From contig NC_086109.1 in the NCBI RefSeq assembly GCF_963921235.1, positions 36,334,001 to 36,398,000 on the forward strand: a DNA stretch of 64,000 nucleotides, read 5' to 3'. Positions within the stretch are counted from its first letter, which is position 1, and every line of letters starts with the position of its first letter. Both the position numbers and the translations under genes were made by a program. This document shows, piece by piece, positions 1-12,417 of this stretch. Source of the stretch: Mobula hypostoma. Lineage: Eukaryota. Below the pieces are notes generated by a model, which saw nothing but the letters and a program-made list of their open reading frames with translations, was not told the DNA's origin and did not search any database.

Positions 1-1829
1 TAAGTGCACCTTATTCATTTATCTACATTTTCATACAAATAACTTTGCTGGAATAAGCTGTGCTGAACTGCACCAGTGAAATGAAGGTATTATTATTCAC
101 AAAATTGATTATCTATCTTTTGGAGTTTAAAATATAACCTCTGGCAGGCAGCCCTCCACTCCTAATTTTGAATTGTAATCAACTCCTTATTTTCTGTGCA
201 AAATTGCAGTTAACCCATCGAGTTTCTTTCTTGTTCAATTACTTTTGTAACCAGACATTTTTCTTGTAATCAAGAATCAAATATTCCATGAATATTTTAA
301 ATTATTGAAATGCATGTCTGAAAAATACTTATATAGAAAAAAATAAATTGCCTTTTATAATTTCCCAAATATGCCTATGTTAGCCAGCAAATTTTTCTTC
401 AAATATTTAATAAGAATAAACTTATTTGTAATAATTGATTCAAATACTTAAGTATTCTGTTGTAATAGCTTAAAATGTGTAATACCTAGCAGTGGTCTAT
501 TGCATGGGAATACTTGAGGGAAATATTGTAGAAAACAATATTTCTTAAGAGAGGGATGTTTTAATGAAATAAGAGTTGGTATATCATCAAAACCACCTGG
601 AGTGCTAGCTTTCATGTTCCAGTTCAGTAAATGAGATTTAAACAGCTAAATTTAGCTCTATAAACCATGGGATGGCAATTTGCTGGGTAATCCATCCATA
701 TTAGCAGTGCAAATTGTGCTGTTTACTACATAGAAAGGTTAATAGAAGACTATGCAGTATGCAGAGGTAGAGGATTACAATGTCAATCATGGGCAATGCT
801 GATTTGATGGCAGTGCCACCAGGCTGGATCTCAATAATACAGTTCAGATCATGTGTTTAATTCATATTGTGGATGCAATGTTTAGCAACAAGAAGGTAGA
901 GCTCCACTTCTGATAGATCAAGGAATCAACAATTGTTGTTCATTTCATGGAGTGCTGGCTGCAATAAGGGGGCGTTTGAATTTTTTACAGAACCTGTGGA
1001 AATACTGGAAGTCTCATAGAAGGAAGTGACTGAATGATGATTTCCAGTTTGAACAATTTTTGCTTTACCTCTGCTTACAATTCCCTTACCTTTGCAACAC
1101 TTAAGGGAGGTTGAAGAACTTGAATCAGTTCCACAACACCTTTAGATGATGGCAATTCTTGGCCAACGATGAATGTCTTCAGGCTTTACTATTTCACAAG
1201 GTGTAAAGGCAGGAAAACATTAGTGAGCCACTTCAGTGAGTGGTTGCTTTAGCTTGAAGTTGAGCCATCAAACGATTCATGCCTACCTCACAACCGCATA
1301 GATCATAAAACATTGTTGATTTCAGTAAAATAAAGTATTTCAGTTTACACATGATGTCTCATACATCACAAGTGAGCAAGAACAGATAATATTGATGGTA
1401 AGAACAGGGGGAAATATGTGTTGGAGTGTTTCCAACTTGTGCTAATCTGGAAGCTGATGTTACTCCATGCGGACCCCTTAACGACAAGATAGTTCTGCAC
1501 CAACAATTAAAAATGAGTGAACTCTGAAATGTACCATGTACTCAAGAAGAGAGATTAGAATCCAAACAAGGCAGCTGTTACTTGACTGATATATTGACTG
1601 CAAATCCCACAAATGCATTTCATCCTGGAAAGGTCTGAAGCAAAGAGTGATGGTGTCATCTACATCCATTTGTAAAGGGTGGTCCAATAAGTCCAATAGG
1701 TAGTGGCTTTGTTCTGGATCTCCCATCACCTGTCAGGATTGCCTCTAGAACCTCATTAATGAGCCAATATCAACAGAATACTGAATGTCTGCCTGCGGAT
1801 TTCTAGAACAGAATGTGATTTTATTTTTC

Positions 1830-1960
1830 TTTTATTTATTGAAATAGAATGCAGAATAGGCCCTTCTGACCCTTTGAGCTATCCCTCGATTTATTCTCTG
1901 CCTAATCATTGGAAAATTTACAAAGAACAATTAATCTACCAACCAGTACATCTTAGGACT
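1830..1960 (-). mobile_element. 3' part of tRNA-derived V-SINE (HE1-like), reverse orientation
   Basis: TTTATTTATT tail and GAATAGGCCCTTC CR1-like 3' end on +; reverse complement resembles the V-SINE body seen at 5800-5828 and 36160-36355. Confidence 0.5.
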
Positions 1961-2759
1961 GATACCTCATTTCCAGCTCCAAGAGGTTCATGAGAACTCT
2001 GCTGTTCTTGATCCTTCTTTGGGACCTAGAGGAGAGCTGGGGATGAGCACAGTATTGGCGCAGGAACAATATATCATGGCAATGGAGAACTGTGAACTGC
2101 AAACTGCAGTAGGTTCCAAAGTTTCTCAAATGAACCAGTTAATGCACCCAGAAGTAAATTCAAAAACTGCAATTAAACTTAATTAATGAGCAATTAGCAC
2201 TGTCAAATTTGCACATTGTACATCCTATGGTAATTTCCCAGCTTTTGCCTGACGTTTTTATGTTAGATCTGGAATAAGGCTGATTCATGTTCTGTTCCTG
2301 AGCCTTTAACCTATTTTTATAAAATATTTGACCTGCCTATACCAAAAAAGGTGTAAAAGATTAAGCAGTCCTCAAAGAAATCCGATCAATAAGCCACTTG
2401 ACTAAACTAACTTCTGATTCTTAATTTTTTTTGGATCCACACTAAAAGAACAGTTTTTCACAAGGCAAGATGCCTCGAAAGGTCAGAGATGACAAGGACC
2501 AGGTTTTTAGAGCAGAAGGGAACTTGATTCATGTAAGAGGAAATTAGACCTGAAAGTTTTCAGCATGACGCTGACATTCATAAAATAAATTGCCAATTAT
2601 TCCCGATTTCAGAACTTGCAGTTTTTGTCCATCTGAACAAGTTCCAAAAGACTAAAGTTGGATTTTTAAAAATCTGTTATCATAACTGAAGTAAAACAAC
2701 AATTGAAAGCAATATCCAAAGGGGAGTTGTTGGAAAGGGATTATGTATTGGCTTTATAA

Positions 2760-3240
2760 TGTCTGAAGGTAATCACATAATTGACACAATATCATCTAAA
2801 ATCAGCCTCATGTGGCACCTTGTCAAAGGGCTTCAGAAAATCCAATTACAGGAGAATCAGTGGGTGTTGTGTATTTGGATTTTCAGAAGGCCTTTGACAA
2901 GGTGCCACACACAAGGCTGCTTAACAAGTCAAGAGCCCATACATGGAGGATACTAGCATGGATAAAGCATTAGCTGATTGCCAGAAGGAAACAGTGGGAA
3001 TAAAGGGAGCCTTTTCTGTTTGGCTGTGGTTGACTAGTGGTATTTCACAGGGGTTCTGGGATTAAAAGGCTTTTCATATGAGGAGTGTTTGATGGCTCTG
3101 GGCCTATAATCGCTGGAATTCAGAATGAGATGGATCTCATTGAAACCTATCGAATGTTGAAACACCTTGATAGAGTGGATGTGGAGAGGGAATCTAAGAC
3201 CAGAAGACACAGCCTCAGAATAGAGGGATGTCCAATGAAA
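2760..3240 (+). mobile_element. Degraded, internally deleted CR1 LINE RT fragment
   Basis: GTGTATTTGGATTTTCAGAAGGCCTTTGACAAGGTGCCACAC (VYLDFQKAFDKVPH) and DLIETYRMLK, colinear with the intact CR1 at 19606. Confidence 0.75.
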
Positions 3241-3856
3241 AACTTGAATTTCATAGTCTATGATGATTTACACGGATTTAAAAATGTATTAACTCAGTGT
3301 AATGGTTGACACTGCATCCATCTGTCCAGAAGTTATGAGTGTATCTTCTCATGTTCCTGTCTATTCTGAAGGTCAATCCATTGCTGATTCAGTGTTGCAC
3401 CTCTTCTGGTAACTAGCTCAAACACAAACCAAGCTGCATTTTGAGAAATGTCATCCCAGGATTCATAGATTTCAGGATGGATCTACATGTACATTAGATA
3501 CTGTAGAGGGAGAAATAACTGGCTTGTGAACTTGGAAATATTGATTGTTAATCCAAACTGGTTGCTACTTGATGCCGCTGTACAAGAATGATTTCATTGT
3601 AAGCAAAGGTCTACAAATTCTCCTTCTCTGCATGGAGCCATGTCATCACATCAAAGATGGATAAATATAAGGTGATAATTTATCATACGTTGCATTCATA
3701 TAAACACAAGCTCATCCAGGATCCATATTTTAACACACTATTCCATACTGACTTCATAATGGCTCAGTGTAATACCTCTCATTTTTTGTCCTCAAATCCA
3801 TCCGTGACTTCTTTCCTCCCTAGCTCTGTAAATTCCTCCACCTTGATTGCACTGAT

Positions 3857-4155
3857 GGTGCTGTAGCTTAGTGGCTAGCATAAAACTGTTGCGGGACCAG
3901 CGACCCAGGTTCAGTTCCAACAGTGTTGCAAGGAGTTTGTAAATTCTCCCCCAGATGGCCTTTGTTTCCTCCAGGTGCTCCAGTTTCCTCCCACATTCCA
4001 AAGCTGTATGGGTTAGGGTTAGTGAGTTGTGGACATGTTATGTTGTTGCCAGAAGCATGGTGATACTGCGGGCTGCTGCCAGCACGTCCTTGGACTCTGT
4101 TGGTCACTGATACTTCAATGTATATGTGATAGATAAAGCTAATCTTTCATCTTTA
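3857..4155 (+). mobile_element. tRNA-derived V-SINE
   Basis: A-box-like GTAGCTTAGTGG, B-box-like GGTTCAGTTCC, V-domain core GTTTCCTCCAGGTGCTCCAGTTTCCTCCCACATTCCAAAG. Confidence 0.75.
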
Positions 4156-4473
4156 ATTCCCTTCCAACTGCAACATCCTTATAGATAAGAACCAGTTCTC
4201 TGTAGATCAAATTTTGTGGATATTATGGCAAATATCCACAGCTTTTCTTTGTTCTCTATAATTATTTGTGGGTCATTACCTATAAGCTTACTTATTGGTT
4301 GTCAAGTCTCTGGACCACATGATTCCAAGGACATACAAATTCAGCTTGAATTGTTTATGTGTCTGCCTGACTTTAACACAATTCAATTGATTATGGAAAT
4401 GCAACTTCATTTACGAAAACACTTACATTTGAGAAAAATAGATCAGGCGCCTTTGCATGTTATTCTCCACATA

Positions 4474-4645
4474 AGGGCGTCATGGTAGCATAGTGGTTAG
4501 CAAGATGTTACTTTAGCTTGGAGTACTGGAGTTCGGAGTTCAATTCCAATGCCATCCGTAAGGAATTTAAATGTTCTTCCTGTGATACCCATGGTTTCTT
4601 CTGGGTGCTGCAGTTTCTTCCCACTTTCCAAATACATACCAGTAA
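4474..4645 (+). mobile_element. tRNA-derived V-SINE, split by Rex1/Babar insertion (resumes ~5800-5828)
   Basis: TGGTAGCATAGTGGTTAGC A-box, GAGTTCAATTCC B-box, V-core GGTTTCTTCTGGGTGCTGCAGTTTCTTCCCAC; continuation TTGATTGGTAATTGTAAATTATCC after the LINE. Confidence 0.7.
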
Positions 4646-4651
4646 AGAGTT

Positions 4652-5800
4652 AGAATCAGAATCAGGTTTATTATCACTGGCATGTGATGTGAAATTTGTT
4701 AACTTAGCAGCAGCAGTTCAATGCAATACATAACATAGAAGAAGAAAATAAATAAATAAATAATAGTATCTGTATATTGAATAGATTTAAAATGTGCAAA
4801 AATCTGAAATACTGTATATAAGAAAAAGTGAGGTAGTGTCCAAGGATTCAATGTCCAATCAGGAATCGGATGGCAGAGGGGAAAAAGCTGTTCCTGAATT
4901 GCTGAGTGTGCACCTTCAAGCTTCTATCCATCCTACCTGATGGTAACAGTGAGAAAAGGGCATGCCCTGGGTGCTGGGGATCCTTAATAATGGACGCTGC
5001 CTTTCTGAGACACCGCTCCCTGAAGATGTCCTGGGTACTTTGTAGGCTAGCACCCAAGATGGAGCTGACTATATTTACAACCCTTTGCAGCTTCTTTCAG
5101 TTCTGTGTAGTAGCACCCCCCCGTCATACCAGACAGTGATGCAACCTGTTAGGATGCTCTTCACAGTACATCTATAGAAGTTTTTGAGTGTATTTTCTGT
5201 CATACCAAATCTCTTCAAACTCTTAATGAAGTATAGCCGCTTTCTTACTTTCTTTATAACTGCATCAATATGTTGGGACCAGGTTAGATCCTTAGAGATC
5301 TTGACACCCAGGAACTTGAAACTGCTCACTCTCTCCACTTCTGATCCCTCTATGAGGATTGGTATGTGTTCCTTCATCTTACTGTCTCTGAGGTCCACAA
5401 TCAGTTCTTTCGTCTTGATGACATTGAGTGCCAGGTTGTTGTTGCAGCACCACTCCACTAGCTGGCATATCTCACTCCTGTACGTCCTCTCGTCACCACC
5501 TGAGATTCTACCAACAATGGTTGTATTGTCAGCAAATTTATAGATGATATTTCAGCTGTGCCTAGCCATACAGTCATGTGTATATAGAGAGTACAGCAGT
5601 GGGCTAAGCACACACCCCTGAGGTGCACCAGTGTTGATTGTCAGCGAGGAGGGTATGTTATCAACAATCCGAACAGATTGTGGTCTCCTGGTTAGGAAGT
5701 CAAGGATCCATTTGCAGAGGATCAGGTTCTGCAATTTCTCAGTCAGGATTGTGTGAATGATGGTATTGCTATAGCTGATGAACAGCATGCTGACATAGGT
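4652..5800 (-). mobile_element. Rex1/Babar-type LINE, 5'-truncated, disrupted RT
   Basis: Minus ORFs [68 protein letters not shown]; (CTGATT)n tail. Confidence 0.88.
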
Positions 5801-5828
5801 GTTGATTGGTAATTGTAAATTATCCTGT

Positions 5829-6256
5829 TGTGGAAGAAGGGTTAGCAAAAGGGTAAATAAACTAAGTAGCTAACTTGCATTATTTTATTTGAACTTTTTA
5901 ACTCGATGTCCTAAGCTTAGACATGCAGACAGCAGAGAGTCTTTCATAATCAGGATGCAGCACTGAGTGTAGAAGAGAGAATCACACACTCATGATTTAA
6001 TCACTTGTCTGTTCTATGATTAAAAATACCTGTTGCTACAGATGTACTTATTTGCTCCTGGTTATGTACATCTGCTTGTGTAACAGATTCACTTGCATGC
6101 CAGTAGTGATGTATTGACTGTTCAGCAGTATAAATATATACTGAAATTGCTCTGTAACTTAGAGCTTTACACATTTCTGTAAGTTCTCTATGATGTCATG
6201 CTAAATAAAGGTATCACCATTTGAATTCTGGTCTCTAAAGTTGTTTTTCGTCCACA
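5829..6256 (+). repeat. ERV-A 5' LTR
   Basis: Begins TGTGGA, ends TCCACA (6-bp inverted termini); TATAAA ~6129, AATAAA ~6204; aligns with 12055-12417. Confidence 0.9.
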
Positions 6257-6259
6257 GAT

Positions 6260-6277
6260 TGGTGTAGTCAGCAGGAT
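6260..6277 (+). promoter_or_regulatory. Primer binding site complementary to tRNA-Ser 3' end
   Basis: TGGTGTAGTCAGCAGGAT, 3 nt after the LTR, versus TGGCGTAGTCGGCAGGAT (complement of vertebrate tRNA-Ser 3' end); both mismatches are CpG transitions. Confidence 0.88.
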
Positions 6278-6699
6278 CCCTAGTGAACAGAATTGAACTA
6301 AATTGACTAGCTGAAGTTCTAGGAAAGTTTGGTGTGTGATCCATTTTGAGCCACCTTAATGGTACTCTGTAGGAGTGGAAGAGATGGGACAGACAAGACC
6401 ATGTAGGAAAAACCACAATAAGACCCAAGTTGCTCCCAATTGAGTAAGTGAAACAAACCATAGACTGAGACTTCAAGGGGTGAACAGAACAGGGCTCGGT
6501 TCAATAGCACTTTTACTGAAACATTAAACTGCAGCACACAAATAAGTGGAGAACAGGAAACTGTAGCAGTAAAGCTAAGCAGAAGGAAGGGAAGAAATTC
6601 CTGGTCAAACTGAAGAAAAAGATGAGAAAGAGGAAGGAGTGACATGAGTGGATGTACAGATACTGGGTGAGCCCTTGGTTCTGCCAGGCTCCCTGGCTA

Positions 6700-7190
6700 A
6701 TAAGGTATGGTTGGAAACTGGAGATAGTGAGTTTGAGATTCCTTTTATTAGTGATTTGTACTGGTGGTTACAAGGCAATGGCTCTATGGAGGATCATTTG
6801 ATTTAAAGAAAATAAAGCTTTAAAAAGGAGAAACAGTGTGGGGAAGGAGAACCATATAGGGCTATGATTTTATGATTACATGTTTTAATAAATGGCTGGA
6901 GGTGGCAGAGCACCATCAACACCCTAAACAAAAGGTTTCTGAAAGAGCACCAACCCAGCCCTTGGCACCTTGGCCACCTCCTGAACCATCAGGCCCATAG
7001 TGTCTATACCCTGATCATCAATAAGATAGTTGTTCCTCTTTCCCATGTGTTCCGGATACCAATGTTCTCGCTTCCAGCCTGCAGCCCTCTTCAAATGCTA
7101 CCATTGTGAGACAAGATTTGAATACACTCCAGCTACCAGGAAGCAGCTGGATCCTGCATTATGCAAAAGATTAGCACTTTGCATCAGTGG
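6700..7190 (+). pseudogene. gag: ERV-A gag remnant (matrix and proline-rich region); capsid, protease and RT N-terminus absent
   Basis: QWLYGGSFDLKKIK at 6776 resembles the class I matrix motif WPxxGSFD; followed by CFNKWLEVA and PTQPLAPWPPPEP. Confidence 0.5.
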
Positions 7191-7289
7191 AGGAGGTTGT
7201 AAGATGTTGAAAGACCCGAAACACCCAATGATTCCAGGAACATCACTGAAGATGTGTCCAGAAGCATCAATAGATGTATGTACACAGAT

Positions 7290-10200
7290 TGTGAAAAAGG
7301 CACTGTCACTCTATTCCCACACCTGACTGAAGAAAGACAAAGTGCCCCTTAGCAAGTTGCAGCTTTGCCAATAGTGCAGTATTTGGAGCACTTGGACTCT
7401 GAAATTAGGCCAGGACAGGATTATAGTCATTCTTAATGCTCGCCAGCCATGAACATGAACTGAAATGTTATCCTTTTTGGGCATAGTTCATTGTTGCAGA
7501 CACTGGATCTCCGAATATCGAATGACAGACACACCACTGAATCTCATTGCCGAGAGTTGCTGTGTGTCAGACATGACTATAAGCAGCACTGGGGCTCCAC
7601 AGGGCCTTGTATTGGCTCCCTTTCTGATTATCCTGTATACCTCGGACTTTAGATACAACACTGAGTCATATAATCTGCTGAAATTCTCGATGACTCAGCA
7701 ATAGTAGGGTGTATAAAGGCAGGATAGGAAGATGAATACAGGGCCCTGGTGGAGGACTTTGTCAAATTGTACAAACTAAATCTGCAGCTCGACATCAGTT
7801 AGAAGAAGGAGACGGTGATGGACTTCAGGAAGACTCAGGCTGCACTGCTCCCTGTTACTTTTGCTGGTGAGGACATGGATGCGGCAAGGACCTACAAGTG
7901 CCTAAGGGTGCACCTGGATGACGAACTTGAGTGGAGCACCAACACAGAGGCTGTGTACAAGAAGAGTCAGAGATGCCTCTACTTCCTGAGGAGAATGAGG
8001 TCCTTTGGAGTTCTACCAGGCTGTTGTCGCCAGTAAAATCTTCTATGTGGTGATGTGCTGGGGCAATGGCATCAACATGGGTGATGCCAACCGGCTCAAT
8101 AAACTAATTAGAAAGGCTGGCTCTGTTATAGGATTCAAACCGGACACACTGGAGACTGTGGTAGAAACAAAGGACCCTCTAGAAAATTCTGGCAATTCTG
8201 GACAATGTTTCTCACCCTCTGTATGTCACTTTGGCTGAACAGAGATTCATTTTCAGTAATAGAAAACTGCACTGCTCCAAAGAGTGCAATATGAGGTCAT
8301 TCTTACGCTCAGCCATTAGGTTCTATAATCAGTCAACCTATAGCTGGGGAAGTGATGACCCCCTCCTGTTAGACTTTCAGGTAACTTATATTTAATTTTC
8401 TCCTGCTTCTCTTCTAATATTTGTATATTTGTGCATTTGTAATTCTACTGTAACACTGTAATTCCTTTTGGGATCAATAAAGTATCCATCTATCTATCTA
8501 TCTGTGTCTAGTGAATACAATGGACATGGGAAACAGACCATTTTTACTGATCTGAAACCTGCTCTATCTACTGCTTCTGCATTGGCTTTACTAGACTATT
8601 CTGTACCTTTTCAGCTTTTTGTAAATGAAAAACAGGGACGTGCAAGTGGCATCTTCACTCAAAAGCCTGGGGGCATCAGAAGACCTATGGCCTATTATTC
8701 TGTACAATTACCACCATTTGTCAGGGGTATGCCTGGTTGCCTATAATCTGTTGTCACCGCTGTAATTATGGTCGAAAAGTCCAGTCCTATAGTGTTAGAT
8801 CATCCTTGTACCGTTTTGGCTCCCTATGTAATATTACTCCTTCTAAATTCAGTTGCTACACAGCATTTTACTGCAGCCAGAAGACATGAGATCATGTTAC
8901 TATCTAAATCCAATCTCTCTTTGCAGAGAGCTGCTGCCTTAGATCCCACCTCCATTTTGCCCGTTACAAACCTTGATGGTTTTTCATTTCTGATCTTCAG
9001 AATACTCCTTTAGATAGTCCTGACTTAGTGATATTTACTGATGGCTCCTCCTACTGCCTGTCAGATGCTCAACTTTGTTCTGGTTATGCTTATGTATCTG
9101 TACTTGAATCTTTGGAAGCTTATATGTTCCTGGGACATCTGTACAGGCAGCAGAGCTTTTGGCACTTACATGAGTTGTACTTTAGCTAATGAGAAATTGG
9201 TCACTCGTTATATCGATTCTCGTTATGCATTTAGGGCAATGCATGATTTTGGTACCCTTTGGAATCATAGAGGTTTTATGTCCCCTCCGCAAAACCTGAT
9301 CAGTGCTCCAATTGATATTAACCTGTTACAGGCTATTTCCTGCTCTTTCGCCTTGCAATTGTCAAATGCGAAGCATACTCAGGAGAAAAAGATGTAATTT
9401 CCCACCGCAGACATTGCTGCTAGACAAGTGGTGGCTGTAGTTAAAATTATGGCCCAACAGAAGCAGCATTCACTTGCCCTTCCATTTGCTGATATCTGTA
9501 CAGCCCAGGCTCGGCACACATCGTGGAACGGGACCAGTGGATTTCTCATGGCTGCGAACAACGGGAGTCCGGGCCATGGATATATCAAAGTGGATGTGTG
9601 GTATTCCCTAAGGAATTCCTGTATGCCCTCGCCAAGTTGGCACATAGGCAAGGCCATGCAGGGAAAAAAGGGGGCCACTCCTGCAATCGCACAACAATGG
9701 TTTGCCCCAGGAATGTAAGTGGCTGCCCAGAATGTGTGTGAAACTTGTTTGATTTGTTTGCAGAACAATAGAGGCAAAACAACGGCGAAATTTGACCACT
9801 TACACGTGCCTGAGGGGCCTTTCACTAGTTTGCAAAAATTGATTATGTGCACATGCCTGCACAAAATGCTGGTAATTGTAGCCCTGTTTCCCAAATGGGC
9901 TGAGGCATTTGCTGCTCGATAGGATGATACCCAGACTGCAATAAAATGCCTTAGGAGAGGTATATCATCCCCAGATTTGGAGTCCCCATTAATATGAAAC
10001 ATGATAAGCAAACTTATTTCATAGCCCAACTTACTAAAGTGTGCAGTCAGGCATTAGGATTCAATTGACAGGTATAATATCCCATACCAGCCTCTGCTTT
10101 CTGCATTGGTGGAATGCACGAATGGTATATTAAAAAGCACACTTAAAAAGGTCTGCCAGGAGTTGAGATTAAAATGGTCTGAGGCATTGTCTTTAGCTCT

Positions 10201-10580
10201 ATATACCCTGTGAAATCAAGTTATCCGTGCAACTAAGCTGACTTAATGGGAAGGCCTATGGCAATGGGAACACACCTCCGTTGGCATCCGCTCAGAGAGG
10301 CCACATCTGGACTGATGAAACTCTCCAGCTCTTTGTGAGGCAAAATAGACTAATCATGGGAAAGTGGTACAGGCACTGCCCGGGCCAGAGGGAAGTAATA
10401 CTCATGCCTCTAAACCAGGAGATTATGCGTTTGTTAAATCACTAGAAAAATACCCTCTTTCTCATAGATGGAAAGGCCCTTACCAAGTGCTGTTGACCAC
10501 CAGAACAACACTGAAAGAGGCAAGTAAATCTGACTGGATTCATGGAACTCGGTGCAAACTGGGAACACCGGCCTCCCTGA
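7290..10580 (+). pseudogene. pol: ERV-A pol remnant (RT C-terminus, tether, RNase H, integrase), multiple stops and frameshifts
   Basis: SKLQLCQ; MLSFLGIVHCCRHWI; FQLFVNEKQGRASGIFTQ..RRPMAYYS..RGMPGCL; VIFTDGSS; YIDSRYAFRAMHDFGTLWNHRGF; HHCC AHRQGH..CETCLIC; RWKGPYQVLLTTRT. Confidence 0.9.
7548..8503 (+). mobile_element. Rex1/Babar-type LINE inserted in ERV-A pol
   Basis: SSTGAPQGLVLAPFLIILYTSDFRYN, YKCLRVHLDDELEWSTNTEAVYKK, RLNKLIRKAGSVIG; AATAAA then (TATC)n tail; pol resumes after it. Confidence 0.85.
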
Positions 10581-10664
10581 AGGCTGAACAGAAAAGCAAA
10601 AATAAAAAAAGCTACAGGTTGAAGAATTTCGTGACTATTGAGATGGGACTAATTCTCATCACAA

Positions 10665-10794
10665 ACAAGAGAAAAACTGCAGATTCTGGAAATTCGTGCA
10701 ACACACAGAAAATGCTGGAGGAACTCAGCAGGCCAGGCAGCATCTATAGAAAAAAGTACAGTGGACATTTTGGGTTGAAACCCTTTGGCAGGAC
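10665..10794 (-). mobile_element. Penelope-like terminal repeat fragment inserted between ERV-A pol and env
   Basis: AAATGCTGGAGGAACTCAGCAGGCCAGGCAGCATCTAT motif shared with copies at ~26860, ~28850 and ~55220; decayed hammerhead motif on the minus strand. Confidence 0.7.
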
Positions 10795-10819
10795 ACTTTT
10801 TTATCCTCACTTTACTAAG

Positions 10820-12024
10820 AGAAGGGAAGCAAACAAATATCTTCTTGAAAATGACTTGTGAGTATGCTAATCATGCTAATGTGTCTCATTGCTGGATTAT
10901 CTAGGCATTCGCTATCATGGAGAAGCAAGAATCCCTTTGATGGCCATGCCCTTGAATATAACGGGATTTACCAGCTGGAGAAACATGGCACATCTGGGGT
11001 CAGTAAGAAATGGAACAGTGGTAAGAAGCAAATATTTTACAGGATAGTATTTCCCCAATTACAACAGATCTCACACAGGTAATCCCAAATTGGAAGGTAC
11101 AGGGCGATTGGGTTGACCCCCGAATGTTGAGGAAGATTAAGAATCGATGGAAAAGGGACTTCTGTAGAACAGAGCACCTGTGATCAGAAGTTAACTTTAG
11201 GATGGTTTAAGGGAATAAATGAAGCCACCTTGAATGGTACTTACTGAATTTGCGGGAAATGGGAATACTCCTGGTTGCCAAAAGATTGGACTGGTGATTG
11301 CTATTTGAGTTATGTAGAACCACTTATGCATCATACTTACAATTTGGATCACGAGCCTCACAGTAAAAGGAAACAGGCAATTACAAATCACGAGAGACTT
11401 TGGCTGATAACCTTTCTAATGTATGAGGTGGGACAAATAAAGAGAGAATTGATTATTATAGCTTCTGCATTAGAGAAATCAGCAAATGAAACATCATTTA
11501 CTTTTGGTCAAACTAGACAATCGTTTTCAGAACATCAGTTGAGTTAGTAGCAGTAAGAACTGTAGCATTACAAAACAGAATGGCCCTGAACTTTGTGTTG
11601 TTTGGAATAGGAGGCACTTGTGCTCTATAAGGACAAGAATGTTGTACTTATATCCCTGATGAATCAAAAAATATAACTCATCTAACTGATCACATTAGAC
11701 AAGCTGCAGAGAAAAAAATGAAGGAAGTAGAAGGGTCTGTTTAATAATTACAATCCTCCAGGAAGATGGTGGCCAATTGGGCTCCAGAGTGAGTGGTGGG
11801 CTACATTGGTTCACTGTGGTATAAAACTGGGTAATTCAAGTTGAAGTGGTGCTGCAGTGCATATGTGGAGCAAACCTACCCAGTGAGGGAATTGGTCTCT
11901 TATTCTTGCATATTGTAGGGGAAGGAGAGCTCCAGAGGATGTGGAAAGCAAGGAGGAGGATTATTAAGCTATGAGTCCTTTACCTCCAGGGTATGAAGCA
12001 CTTTTTTCTGAAACAGATCTTTGA
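10820..12024 (+). pseudogene. env: ERV-A env remnant (gamma-type SU/TM)
   Basis: NIFLKM..NVSHCWI (CWIC-like); NGTY*ICGKWEYSWLPKDWTGDCY; SKRKQAIT cleavage region; ISD and CX6CC VALQNRMALNFVLFGIGGTCAL*GQECCTYIPD at 11541-11660. Confidence 0.9.
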
Positions 12025-12040
12025 GGTGGATCTTGCAATC

Positions 12041-12053
12041 AAATAGGAGGGAA
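12041..12053 (+). promoter_or_regulatory. Polypurine tract of ERV-A
   Basis: AAATAGGAGGGAA immediately before the TGTGGA start of the 3' LTR. Confidence 0.75.
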
Positions 12054-12054
12054 C

Positions 12055-12417
12055 TGTGGAAGAAAGGTAAACAAAAGAGTCAATGAATGATTAGCTAACT
12101 TGCATTTTTCTATTTGTACTTTGTAACCTAATGTCCTAAGCTTAGACTTGCAGGATGCAGCACTGTGTGTAGAAAAGAGGAACACACACTCATGACTTAG
12201 TCACTTGTCTGTTCCATGATTTAAAATACCTGGTGTTACAGACGTACTTATTTGCTCCTTGTTAGGTACATCTGCTGTGTAACAGAATCACTTGCATGCC
12301 ACTAATCATGTGTATTCACCTGTTCAGCAGTATAAATATATGCTGAAATTGCTCTGTAACTTAGAGCCTCGCACATTTCTGCGAGCTCTCTATGACATAA
12401 TGGTGAATAAAGGTATC
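12055..12417 (+). repeat. ERV-A 3' LTR, lacking the last ~40 bp
   Basis: TGTGGAAGAA start; colinear with the 5' LTR up to AATAAAGGTATC, then similarity stops. Confidence 0.88.

Larger units (their letters stand above)
5829..12417 (+). mobile_element. Endogenous retrovirus, class I epsilon-like, defective provirus (ERV-A)
   Basis: Paired direct repeats 5829-6256 and 12055-12417, tRNA-Ser PBS, PPT, and gag-MA, RT, RNase H, integrase and env remnants in the correct order. Confidence 0.92.

Noticed and set aside
560..1790. Possibly ancient coding or transposase relic
   Set aside because: No motif I could identify in any frame
9379..10029. 216-aa minus-strand ORF
   Set aside because: Antisense to the ERV-A integrase remnant, with no recognisable domain; likely a shadow ORF
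10364..10861. 165-aa ORF as an intact viral protein
   Set aside because: Chimeric read-through of the integrase C-terminus into an inserted Penelope-like fragment
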